Origin: Parcubacteria group bacterium GW2011_GWA2_40_23
GTDB taxonomy: Bacteria; Patescibacteriota; Patescibacteriia; UBA11705; JABHMO01
Assembly (NCBI GenBank): GCA_000996245.1
Contig: LBYP01000001.1
Location: 17,197-81,196 of the forward strand
DNA length: 64,000 nt
Direction of reading: 5' to 3'
Of this stretch, positions 49,242 to 57,552 are shown piece after piece (the stretch's first letter is position 1; each line of letters begins with the position of its first letter). A program made the position numbers and the translations under genes. A model generated the notes under the pieces. It saw only the letters and a program-made list of their open reading frames with translations, was not told the DNA's origin and ran no database searches.

Positions 49242-50030
49242 ATGTACTATTATGTTTATGATACTTTTTTGAGTGATAAAAAATACGAAAAAGTTTTGGA
49301 TAAAATAAAAGTGGCGTTGCTTGATTTGGACATTCAGGGCAAGCATGAGCGTTTAACTTTACTCAAAAGTATCGATGAATTAATTAAAGACGAAGTCAAA
49401 CGAGGTATTAATACCTTGATTGTTTTGGGTAATGATAAGACTTTGTTGCGTGTAATCGATACGGTTGGACGTCACAATATTACATTGGGGATGATTCCTA
49501 TCGGTCCTGACAATAAAATTGCAGAATGCTTAGGTATTCCACCTGAAGAAGCTGCCTGTGAAATTATCGCCGCACGAAAAATTATTCAGCTCGATTTAGG
49601 CAAGGCTAATGATCAATATTTTTTCTCAAGTTTAAAAGTTGAAAAAAATATCAATCGCGTTAGTATTCATAAAGATAATTATAGAATAGTGCCTCAACCG
49701 AATTGTGTGGAATTTGATATTTATAATTTTTATTATCCTGCAGTGGCCGAAAATTATGAAAAAGAGATGAAGAAATTTTCGCCTCAAGACGAAAAATTGG
49801 AATTGGTAATACGCAAGCAAGGCAAACGACAAGGCTGGTTTAAAAAGAAAGACGTTCTAAAACCAATTGATAGTATTATTCAAAGTAAAGTTTTTAAAAT
49901 AAAGAGTTTTGAATATCTCCCCGTAGTTTTAGATGGTTATAAAGTAATTAAGACTCCGGTCATAGTTGAATTAGCTCCATGTAAACTGAAAATGATAGTG
50001 GGTAAAGATCGCTTAAAACATATTCAATAA
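49242..50030 (+). CDS. Diacylglycerol-kinase-like protein, degenerate motif
   Basis: IVLGNDKT in place of GGDGT; LGMIPIG..N.IA..LGIP, DLGKAN, LDG. Confidence 0.7.
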   Translation: MYYYVYDTFLSDKKYEKVLDKIKVALLDLDIQGKHERLTLLKSIDELIKDEVKRGINTLIVLGNDKTLLRVIDTVGRHNITLGMIPIGPDNKIAECLGIPPEEAACEIIAARKIIQLDLGKANDQYFFSSLKVEKNINRVSIHKDNYRIVPQPNCVEFDIYNFYYPAVAENYEKEMKKFSPQDEKLELVIRKQGKRQGWFKKKDVLKPIDSIIQSKVFKIKSFEYLPVVLDGYKVIKTPVIVELAPCKLKMIVGKDRLKHIQ

Positions 50031-50048
50031 AAAATAAAATATAAGTCT

Positions 50049-50237
50049 ATGACACCAAAAGTAAACAAAGAAGCTTGCATTGGTTGCGGCACATGCGTTT
50101 CTCTTGCTGGTGATATTTTTCAAATGGGATCAGATGGCAAAGCAGAAGTTATCCCAGGCTGTGATTGTGCTGGTAAGGAAGAATTAGTCAATCAATCTAA
50201 GGATGCTTGCCCGGTTCAGGCAATTAGCGTAGAATAG
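50049..50237 (+). CDS. Small single-cluster ferredoxin
   Basis: CIGCGTC...CPVQAI. Confidence 0.9.
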   Translation: MTPKVNKEACIGCGTCVSLAGDIFQMGSDGKAEVIPGCDCAGKEELVNQSKDACPVQAISVE

Positions 50238-50250
50238 TTTTATCGTTTGG

Positions 50251-50280
50251 TGTAGGGACAAGTCCCGACCTGTCCCTACA
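50251..50280. repeat. GTAG-type REP-like palindrome
   Basis: tGTAGGGACA-agtcccgacc-TGTCCCTACa. Confidence 0.7.
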
Positions 50281-50290
50281 TTAAAAATTT

Positions 50291-50377
50291 GCTCAGGTGG
50301 CGAAATTGGTACACGCACTACCTTGAGGTGGTAGCGGCCGCAAGGCCATGGAGGTTCAAGTCCTCTCCTGAGCACCA
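50291..50377 (+). tRNA. tRNA-Leu(GAG)
   Basis: GCTCAGG acceptor stem, CTACC-TTGAGGT-GGTAG anticodon arm, long variable arm GGCC-GCAA-GGCC, GGTTCAAGTCC, ACCA end. Confidence 0.95.
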
Positions 50378-50447
50378 TAAAGTACACGATTCTCGTGACT
50401 TTATGGCTGGTCATGGAGTTAACTTCTGGTATACTTCAGGGTGAACC
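50375..50447. repeat. Two copies of the tRNA-end palindrome
   Basis: 50375-50406 CCATAAAGT-A-CACG-attct-CGTG-ACTTTATGG (+); degenerate inverted copy at 50411-50441 flanked by TGAACC. Confidence 0.8.
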
Positions 50448-50511
50448 ATGGTTTTAAATAGATGAATTTAATAGTCCTTAAGTGTTATTTTTTTGACATG
50501 CCATGTCCCAG

Positions 50512-50540
50512 TTGACGAAACAGATTTTTGGTGTTAAAGT
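50512..50540 (+). promoter_or_regulatory. Sigma70 promoter of GC-rich cassette 2
   Basis: TTGACG-17 nt-(TGt)TAAAGT. Confidence 0.7.
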
Positions 50541-50598
50541 AATGAGTCCATTGAACAGTGCAAAACCTGATTCCGCGGGAGGCGGAAGGGAGAGAAAA

Positions 50599-51324
50599 AT
50601 GCGTCCTATACCTTTACCCGATCGCCTGGACCTAAAACTCCAAGAGATCAACACGAAGCTACGAGGCTTCGGTGTTCCGTTCGACCTGTCTCGTTTGGGG
50701 AATTTCCGCAAGGGAGATTGGCAGATTGACGATGTCATTTCTGTCTTTGCTCATCGGGAGTTCAAGATCGCGGTCTGTTTCATCCTTTTGAAGCCGTGGA
50801 CTGGTGAGCGAACTGAGTATTGGTGCCAGTTCAATAGCACCTACTCGAGCGAAGCTCTGTCCGGCCACATCGTGATTCCCGTGGTGAACGGAACGCACTT
50901 TTTGATGATCAAGTCGTACGGGACTTTCATCGGAGTAGCGCCGCTCCTTTTTCCCCGAGGATTCATCCCGAAGTCGAAAGAGGATTTGCCGGCCGTGGTA
51001 GTTGCGCAGAGTTTGATCGAGCGCAAGCTCGGGGATTGCCTTACGGCTGTCCAGGGTGAAGTTCAAGGTCAAGCTCAGCTTCTGCGTGGTGAGCGCGGCA
51101 CCTTGCGTCTGGCCGAAGATCAGAGCACCAGCGGAAACTGGGTTACAGTCTCGGTCGTCCAGATCAAACTGGATATGGCCAAGTTCGAAGAACGACCCAA
51201 GGATTTCCGTGCGTTCAAGTTGGTTGCCATCAGCGATTTCCTTCAGCGAGTTGTCGCAGGCGAGATCGTTGATATGCACTCTCTTTCCGCATACGTGATG
51301 TACACGGCGGCGAGCAAAGGCTAG
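50599..51324 (+). CDS. Nudix-fold protein with degenerate Nudix box
   Basis: HIVIPVVNGTHFLMIKSY...LLFPRGF and AGEIVD..S.SA resemble ADP-ribose pyrophosphatases; start moved to ATG 50599, after the promoter and a purine-rich SD-like stretch. Confidence 0.6.
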   Translation: MRPIPLPDRLDLKLQEINTKLRGFGVPFDLSRLGNFRKGDWQIDDVISVFAHREFKIAVCFILLKPWTGERTEYWCQFNSTYSSEALSGHIVIPVVNGTHFLMIKSYGTFIGVAPLLFPRGFIPKSKEDLPAVVVAQSLIERKLGDCLTAVQGEVQGQAQLLRGERGTLRLAEDQSTSGNWVTVSVVQIKLDMAKFEERPKDFRAFKLVAISDFLQRVVAGEIVDMHSLSAYVMYTAASKG

Positions 51325-51399
51325 CGGGAGGCTAGTCTGGACAATTCTGTTTTCTGACTGTTTAGACGGGAGGTCTGACAGTGAGAAGGCAAGGTTGCT

Positions 51400-52077
51400 A
51401 TGATTCGAGATCTGTTGAAGGCACTCGCTCAGGGTGCCACGGCGGGTTGGAAGCTCCGTGTCAACGGAGTGGAAGTCCCGGCGAACGAAGTCGAGCTCGA
51501 GAACCTCAAGTTCGGGATGATCCGTTGGGGTTCCCTCGGGAGCTACGACTCCTGGGGCTTCCAGGAGGTGGGCGGTGGTGGTGCGGTCCTCGTGCCGTAC
51601 TTCGTCCACCCCGAGCGTGGCATCGTGGTCGGCCTGGTGCAGCAGCCCCGGCCGTTCATGTCCGAGAAGCCGGTGTGGAACCTGCCGCGCGGCTTCATGA
51701 ACCCGGGCCAGACGCACTTCAAGTCGGCCACGGGTGAAGCCCTCGAGGAGATCGGCTCCACCGACGGCAATCGCATCTTCCTGCTGAACGGTGAGCCGGC
51801 CAACCCCAACTCGACCTTCTTCGTCACTCGTGGCAACAACGCCGACGGCAGCCCCAAGGGCATCCGCTTCTACGGCGTCGGCTTCCTGCCCAGCGAGTTC
51901 GAGCCCGAGGGCAACGGCTTCAAGTTCAAGCCTGGCGTGGTCGTTCCGGCCACCAAGGACGCCGAGAAGATCATGGGCTGCCGGTTCGTCGACTGGATGG
52001 AAGCGACGCAGCTCGGCTGCATGATGACCATCTCGGGCGTCGCTCGTCTCGTCGTGTACAAGTACACGGATCTCTGA
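51400..52077 (+). CDS. Nudix hydrolase-like protein
   Basis: GGAVLVPY, WNLPRGFMNPGQTHFKSATGEALEEIG (Nudix-box-like); strong GC3 bias. Confidence 0.72.
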   Translation: MIRDLLKALAQGATAGWKLRVNGVEVPANEVELENLKFGMIRWGSLGSYDSWGFQEVGGGGAVLVPYFVHPERGIVVGLVQQPRPFMSEKPVWNLPRGFMNPGQTHFKSATGEALEEIGSTDGNRIFLLNGEPANPNSTFFVTRGNNADGSPKGIRFYGVGFLPSEFEPEGNGFKFKPGVVVPATKDAEKIMGCRFVDWMEATQLGCMMTISGVARLVVYKYTDL

Positions 52078-52084
52078 TCCACAA

Positions 52085-52121
52085 CCCCCATTCGATGCAA
52101 GGTCGAGTGGGGGCATTTTTG
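52085..52121 (+). terminator. Intrinsic terminator of cassette 2
   Basis: cccccattcga-tgcaagg-tcgagtggggg then caTTTTTG. Confidence 0.7.
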
Positions 52122-52154
52122 TTGCGAGGAACGATAGTGACGAAGCAATCTGTT

Positions 52155-52343
52155 GTTACGAATAACTTCATAAAGTTGAAGGTTACGAATTATTTCTTAC
52201 GAATAGAATATTCTAATTGGAAGTTTCGAATTATTGTTAACATCTAATTGTTAAGCAGGCAGGTAACATCAAAATAGATGGTTCTATTCGTGAAACGGGA
52301 GCAGTAATTAGTAACATCAATATAGAATGTCTTATTCGTAACC
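52155..52343. repeat. Degenerate GTTACGAAT array, direct then inverted copies
   Basis: Forward copies at 52155, 52182, 52197 and 52223; inverted copies near 52282, 52307 and 52333. Confidence 0.6.
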
Positions 52344-52401
52344 ATTTTGTCGAACCTCGTGGTTCATGCTATAATTTTAGTGAAAATATAATAACAAATA
52401 C

Positions 52402-52492
52402 AAGCTCATAGCTTATAGCAAGTTAGCTTATAGGTGCTAAGCCTTTGGATCATAAGTACCTAGAAGCTATAAGCTAGATTGCTAAAAGCTAT
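52402..52492. repeat. AAGCTA/TAGCTT heptamer-type array
   Basis: tagcttatagc...tagcttatag then tagaagctataagctagattgctaaaagcta. Confidence 0.55.
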
Positions 52493-52501
52493 ATAAAAAA
52501 T

Positions 52502-52738
52502 ATGCTTGGACGTATCATCCTTGGTCTGATTTTGTGTGTGGTGGGTTACTTCTTTGTCTGGAAACCCTTAACCTTTCTTGATCTCATCGGCCCGATACCC
52601 TTTGCTGAAAAATGGTTTGGCAATAGTGTGTCTTTTTATAAATTCGTGGGCGTTTTTATTATTATGATTGGTTTTTTAGCCATTACTAACCTTCACGGAC
52701 GTGTACTTGAGTGGTTAGTTGGTTTTATAGCAAGATAA
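52502..52738 (+). CDS. Small membrane protein
   Basis: Two hydrophobic helices, GPIPFAEKWFG; stop overlaps the next start. Confidence 0.7.
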   Translation: MLGRIILGLILCVVGYFFVWKPLTFLDLIGPIPFAEKWFGNSVSFYKFVGVFIIMIGFLAITNLHGRVLEWLVGFIAR

Positions 52739-53103
52739 TGTTGGGTCAAAACAAAAAAATTGGAAAATGGGGTGAACAATTAGCCAAAGATTTTTTAATT
52801 AAGGCCGGCTATCAAGTTATTGCTGATAATTGGACCAGGAAAATAGGGGAGATTGATCTTGTTGCCATTAAAGATAATGATATAGTCTTCGTGGAGGTTA
52901 AAACGCGTTCAACTCCATTTTGCGGTTGGGGCGAGGAGGCGGTTAATCATGCTAAGAAGAAAAAAATTAGTTTGCTCATCGATCGTTATCTTTTGGAAGA
53001 AAAGAAGTACCAGGATTTTTTTCCACGTTTTGATATTATCATTGTTGAACTTATTTCTCTCACGCCAAAATTTATTCATTATGAAAATGTATTATTAACT
53101 TAA
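52738..53103 (+). CDS. yraN: YraN family (UPF0102) endonuclease-like protein
   Basis: GKWGEQLA, GEIDLV, FVEVKTR, RFD; ATG at 52738. Confidence 0.88.
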   Translation: MLGQNKKIGKWGEQLAKDFLIKAGYQVIADNWTRKIGEIDLVAIKDNDIVFVEVKTRSTPFCGWGEEAVNHAKKKKISLLIDRYLLEEKKYQDFFPRFDIIIVELISLTPKFIHYENVLLT

Positions 53104-53107
53104 TTTT

Positions 53108-53455
53108 ATGGAAACTCCAAATAAAAAAGAAACGCCTCGCGATCCTCATGTTGCTGACAATAATAAAATTCTCGCAGCTATGAGTTATTTAGGTTTTTTG
53201 TGTTTCGTCCCTTTGTTTCTAAAAAAATCTAGTCCCTTTGTGCAATTTCATGCCAAGCAGGGTTTGGTTTTATTTATAGCTGAAGTTATTATTTCTTTTA
53301 TTAATATCATTCCATTTTTGGGACAATTGGTTTGGTTCTTGGCCATTGTTGTGTTTTGTATAGTTTCAATTAAGGGCATGATTAAAGCCTGGGACGGAGT
53401 TTATTGGAAAATACCGGTGTTATCTGACTATGCCAAAAAAATTAATTTAGATTAA
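53108..53455 (+). CDS. DUF4870/Tic20-like membrane protein
   Basis: AAMSYLG, FVQFHAKQGLVL, WKIPV. Confidence 0.75.
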   Translation: METPNKKETPRDPHVADNNKILAAMSYLGFLCFVPLFLKKSSPFVQFHAKQGLVLFIAEVIISFINIIPFLGQLVWFLAIVVFCIVSIKGMIKAWDGVYWKIPVLSDYAKKINLD

Positions 53456-53457
53456 AT

Positions 53458-54867
53458 ATGAAAAGAACGAAAATTGTTTGTACTATAGGTCCGGCTTCAG
53501 ATAAACCAGAGACGCTCAAGAAATTAATCAAGGCCGGCATGAATGTGGCGCGACTTAATTTTTCGCATAATGTGTTGGCCTATCATGCTAAAGTTATTAA
53601 AAATATTCGACAATTAGCACAAGAGTCTAACCAGCCAATAGCTATTATTCAAGATCTGCAAGGGCCACGTATCCGTTTAGGTGATTTACCATTAGTGGGG
53701 ATTGAATTAAAAAAGAACACTGAAGTGATTTTGACGACAGGAAAAAGGAACGCGAAAAAAATAAGCGTGACTTATAAAAACATGCATTTGGATGTTAAAC
53801 CCAAGCAAAGAGTTTTAATTGCTGATGGAACCATTGAGTTGCTGGTTGAAAAAGTGAAGGGGCAGGATGTTATTTGTCGCGTTGTTGTTGAAGGAACAAT
53901 TTTTTCACACAAAGGAATAAATTTGCCTGACACGAATGTCCGTATTCAATTATTTTCTGACAAAGACAAGAAGGATTTGATTTTTGGTGTTAAACAAGAG
54001 GTTGATTATGTGGCTTTGTCATTTGTCCGAACAGCTCAAGATGTTTTGACTTTAAAGAAAATGATAAAAGCAGCCTCTATTAAACTAAAAAAGACCAAAC
54101 TTGATATCAAAGTAATCGTTAAAATAGAAAAACCTGAAGCCATCAAAAATTTTGATGCGATTTTAGCGGTAACTGATGCAGTTATGATTGCTCGAGGTGA
54201 TTTGGGTATAGAAATGTCGGCTGAAGATATTCCTGTTATTCAGAAAATGATTATCAACAAATGTTTGCATGCATCAAAGCCAGTTATTGTAGCGACACAA
54301 ATGCTCGACTCAATGATAAATAATCCAAGACCAACACGAGCTGAAGCGAGCGACGTGGCTAATGCAGTAATTGATCATACAGATGCAGTTATGCTTTCGG
54401 GCGAAACAGCTAGCGGTAAATATCCTGTCGAAGCAGTCGAAACTATGAGTCGCATCATCAATAAAACAGAAAATTCTGTTTACGATAATATGGTTTTAAA
54501 AGAAATTGCACGTTTTGCTACCGCCACGGACGATGTTATGGCGAATGTGGTTAAAAAGATTTCCACTAAAGTTAGACCACGGGCAATAATCGTCGCCACA
54601 CGTTCGGGTTATTCCGCTCGGATTGTTAGCCGCTATAGACCGGAGGTTTCTATGTGGGTTGTTTCTGAAAATCGTAAAACAGCTCAGCAACTAAATCTGT
54701 GTTGGGGCATAACTTCTTTCGTCTTGCCTCGAGTAAAAGATTATGAAGAGTTGCTTAATCAGGCCATCCAATATTTAAAAGAGAATAAAAAGATTAAAGC
54801 CGGTGATAAACTGGTAGTTATTGCCGGTCTTTTAGAATTAAATAGAGTTGAAATTAGAGTTGCTTAA
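53458..54867 (+). CDS. pyk: Pyruvate kinase
   Basis: RTKIVCTIGPAS, ARGDLG, ATQMLDSM, VMLSGETA. Confidence 0.97.
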   Translation: MKRTKIVCTIGPASDKPETLKKLIKAGMNVARLNFSHNVLAYHAKVIKNIRQLAQESNQPIAIIQDLQGPRIRLGDLPLVGIELKKNTEVILTTGKRNAKKISVTYKNMHLDVKPKQRVLIADGTIELLVEKVKGQDVICRVVVEGTIFSHKGINLPDTNVRIQLFSDKDKKDLIFGVKQEVDYVALSFVRTAQDVLTLKKMIKAASIKLKKTKLDIKVIVKIEKPEAIKNFDAILAVTDAVMIARGDLGIEMSAEDIPVIQKMIINKCLHASKPVIVATQMLDSMINNPRPTRAEASDVANAVIDHTDAVMLSGETASGKYPVEAVETMSRIINKTENSVYDNMVLKEIARFATATDDVMANVVKKISTKVRPRAIIVATRSGYSARIVSRYRPEVSMWVVSENRKTAQQLNLCWGITSFVLPRVKDYEELLNQAIQYLKENKKIKAGDKLVVIAGLLELNRVEIRVA

Positions 54868-54868
54868 T

Positions 54869-55993
54869 ATGAAACTGGGTTTTTGGGAAGCTATTGCAGC
54901 TATGGTCGGCACCATGATTGGTGCTGGTGTTTTGGGTTTGCCTTATGTCATAAGTAAAGTTGGTCTGTCTATTGGTTTGGTCATGTTATTGCTTTTAGGC
55001 GTCGCGGCCTTAATCCTCAACCTTATGCTGACCGAGGTTGTCTTGCGTACAACAGCCTCACATCAACTTGCTGGTTATGCAAAAAAATATTTAGGGGTAA
55101 TCCCGTATCGTTTCGAAACCTTAGCTGTTATTATTGGAACTTATGGTGGTTTAACAGCTTATCTCATCGGAGAAGGAAAAGTTTTATCGATTTTATTGGG
55201 AGGTAAGGAATTAACTTATAGTTTATTTTTTTTCGTAATCATTAGTTTTTTGTTACTATTTGAAATTAAAACTATTAAAATTTTTGGATTGATAATTGTT
55301 TGCTGCTTGTTGGTCGTTGTTTTTGCCATAGTTCTTCTTGGGGGAGGCTCACTTAAGATTGAAAACATGAACTACTCTGATTTTTCTAATATTTTTATTC
55401 CCTATGGTGTTATTTTGTTCGCTTATGGCGGTGCGGCTGCGGTAGTGACAGTGCGACAAATTTTACGCAGGAATGAGAAAAAAATATTGCCTGCAGTTTT
55501 GATTGGCACATTAATTCCAATAGTCATTTATGTAATTTTTACTTTAGTTATTGTTGGCGTTACGGGAAGGGCTACGACAGAAATTGCAACCGTGGGATTA
55601 GGACAAGCTTTGGGACCATGGATGTTGCTTTTTGGTAATTTATTCGCATTTTTTGCTATGGGTTCGGTTTTTTTAAATGGGGGACTCATTTTACGCGAGT
55701 TTTATCAATACGATTTTCATATACATAAAATTTGGGCCTGGCTTTTGGTTATTTCTGTACCGTTAGTTCTGTTTTTGTTTGTGGCTCATGATTTTGTTAA
55801 GACTATGGGCGTAGCCGGTGGTCTGGCTTATGGTATTACCGGAATTACAATTGTCTCTTTATTTTGGAAAGCCAAGCAAAAAGGAGATCGTCAGCCGGAA
55901 TTTTCATTACCACGGTTTAGGATAATCGGCAGTGTTTTAATACTAACTTTTATACTCGGAATGATTTATACTCTAGTCACATTTAAACTTTAA
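54869..55993 (+). CDS. Aromatic amino acid permease family transporter
   Basis: GTMIGAGVLGLP, about 11 TM helices; ATG at 54869. Confidence 0.85.
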   Translation: MKLGFWEAIAAMVGTMIGAGVLGLPYVISKVGLSIGLVMLLLLGVAALILNLMLTEVVLRTTASHQLAGYAKKYLGVIPYRFETLAVIIGTYGGLTAYLIGEGKVLSILLGGKELTYSLFFFVIISFLLLFEIKTIKIFGLIIVCCLLVVVFAIVLLGGGSLKIENMNYSDFSNIFIPYGVILFAYGGAAAVVTVRQILRRNEKKILPAVLIGTLIPIVIYVIFTLVIVGVTGRATTEIATVGLGQALGPWMLLFGNLFAFFAMGSVFLNGGLILREFYQYDFHIHKIWAWLLVISVPLVLFLFVAHDFVKTMGVAGGLAYGITGITIVSLFWKAKQKGDRQPEFSLPRFRIIGSVLILTFILGMIYTLVTFKL

Positions 55994-56063
55994 AAGCACT
56001 TCGCCGTCTGCGGACGGAAGGCTTGATTTTTCTCTAAATTTATGGTATATTCTCTAAGCTAAT

Positions 56064-57551
56064 ATGAAGCCAGAAACCAAATATTATAGGCTCTTAGAGA
56101 TGATCCCAGGTGCTCTTATCTGGACAACTTTGTTGTTGTCCGTCATCGTATCTTTTTGGCAGCCCCTCTGGGTAATTTTCTTTATCATTGCTTTTGATCT
56201 TTTTTGGCTTTTTCGTATTGCACACTTTATCTTCTTTGTAAGTTTATCATTCTTCAAGTATAAACAAGTGGTACAAGTCAACTGGTTTGAAAAAGTTAAA
56301 CAAATTGATAATTGGGAACGTCTTTTTCATATAATTTATTTGCCGACTGCTGGCGAACCAGTAGAAGTTTTACGTAGTACTTTTCGAAGCTTATTAAATA
56401 GTGAATATCCTGCGCAAAAAATGATTGTGGTTTTGGGTGGGGAGGGTAGAATGGAAAATGATTTTTTACCAAAAGCCGAGGCGATAAAAAGAGAATTTAC
56501 TTCTAAATTTTTTCGTGTTTTTATAACATTACACCCAGGGGACCTGCCAGACGAAATGAAAGGCAAGGGTGCTAATGCTAATTGGATGGGACACGAGTCC
56601 AAAAAGAAGATTGATGAACTTAATATTCCTTACGAAGACTTGATCGTCTCGTATTTTGATAGTGATACTTGTGTGCATCCTCAATACTTTTCGTATTTGA
56701 CGTACAAATATTTAACGCACCCTACACCGATGCGAGTTTCTTATCAACCAGCTGTTTTGTACAATAATAATATCTGGGATGCACCGGCGGCCATGCGTGT
56801 AACGGCTTTTGGTACTATCTTTTGGCTATTAACAGAATTGATGCGTCCAGAACGTATGTATACTTTTTCTTCTCATAGTATGAGTTATAAAGCACTGATT
56901 GATGTTGATTTTTGGCAAAAAGATATTGTCACTGATGATTCACGCATATTTTTACAATGTTTTTTTAAGTATCATGGGGAGTATGCTGTAGAGCCAATGT
57001 ATATTCCAGTTTCTATGGATACAGTTATGGATAAAAGTTATTGGAGAAGTTTTCGTAATTTGTATAAGCAACAACGACGTTGGGCCTGGGGAGTGGAACA
57101 TTTCCCTTATATGATGTGGAACTTTAAAAAAGATAAATTAATACCTTGGTATAAAAAAGTAAAATATACTTGGAATTTAGTTGAGGGGATGTATTCTTGG
57201 GCCACAGCGCCAATTCTTATTTTTATTCTTGGTCGTTTGCCACTTTGGGTGGCTGGACGTGGAGCTGAATCAACTTCAGTGATTGTCCAAAATGCACCTT
57301 TTGTCTTGGAATGTTTAATGCAGATATCGATGCTTGGTATTACAGTTTCCGCAATTATCAGTGTCTTGCTTTTGCCGGCACGACCAAAAGGGCACTCGAA
57401 ATGGAAGTATCCTGTTATGTTATTGCAATGGATATTGCTGCCGGTAACTTTAATTCTTTTTGGATCTATCCCCGCCATAGAAGCGCAAACGCGTTTGATG
57501 TTGGGTAAAAAATTTCATTTAGGTTTCTTTGTAACTCCAAAATCACGTTAA
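56064..57551 (+). CDS. Membrane glycosyltransferase family 2 (processive-type motifs)
   Basis: KGAN, DSD, TDD and QQRRW motifs plus TM helices. Confidence 0.88.
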   Translation: MKPETKYYRLLEMIPGALIWTTLLLSVIVSFWQPLWVIFFIIAFDLFWLFRIAHFIFFVSLSFFKYKQVVQVNWFEKVKQIDNWERLFHIIYLPTAGEPVEVLRSTFRSLLNSEYPAQKMIVVLGGEGRMENDFLPKAEAIKREFTSKFFRVFITLHPGDLPDEMKGKGANANWMGHESKKKIDELNIPYEDLIVSYFDSDTCVHPQYFSYLTYKYLTHPTPMRVSYQPAVLYNNNIWDAPAAMRVTAFGTIFWLLTELMRPERMYTFSSHSMSYKALIDVDFWQKDIVTDDSRIFLQCFFKYHGEYAVEPMYIPVSMDTVMDKSYWRSFRNLYKQQRRWAWGVEHFPYMMWNFKKDKLIPWYKKVKYTWNLVEGMYSWATAPILIFILGRLPLWVAGRGAESTSVIVQNAPFVLECLMQISMLGITVSAIISVLLLPARPKGHSKWKYPVMLLQWILLPVTLILFGSIPAIEAQTRLMLGKKFHLGFFVTPKSR

Positions 57552-57552
57552 T

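Noticed and set aside
50503-50598. Longer start for the first Nudix-like gene
   Set aside because: It would begin upstream of the predicted promoter; ATG 50599 follows a purine-rich SD-like stretch.
50659-52116. 485-aa minus-strand ORF
   Set aside because: Antisense shadow of the two Nudix-like genes; stop-codon scarcity is expected at this GC3 bias and there are no expression signals.
38860-52200. tRNA-integrated prophage/ICE explanation for GC-rich cassettes 1 and 2
   Set aside because: No integrase and no duplicated tRNA 3' end (attR) seen at the distal borders; an old decayed integration cannot be excluded.
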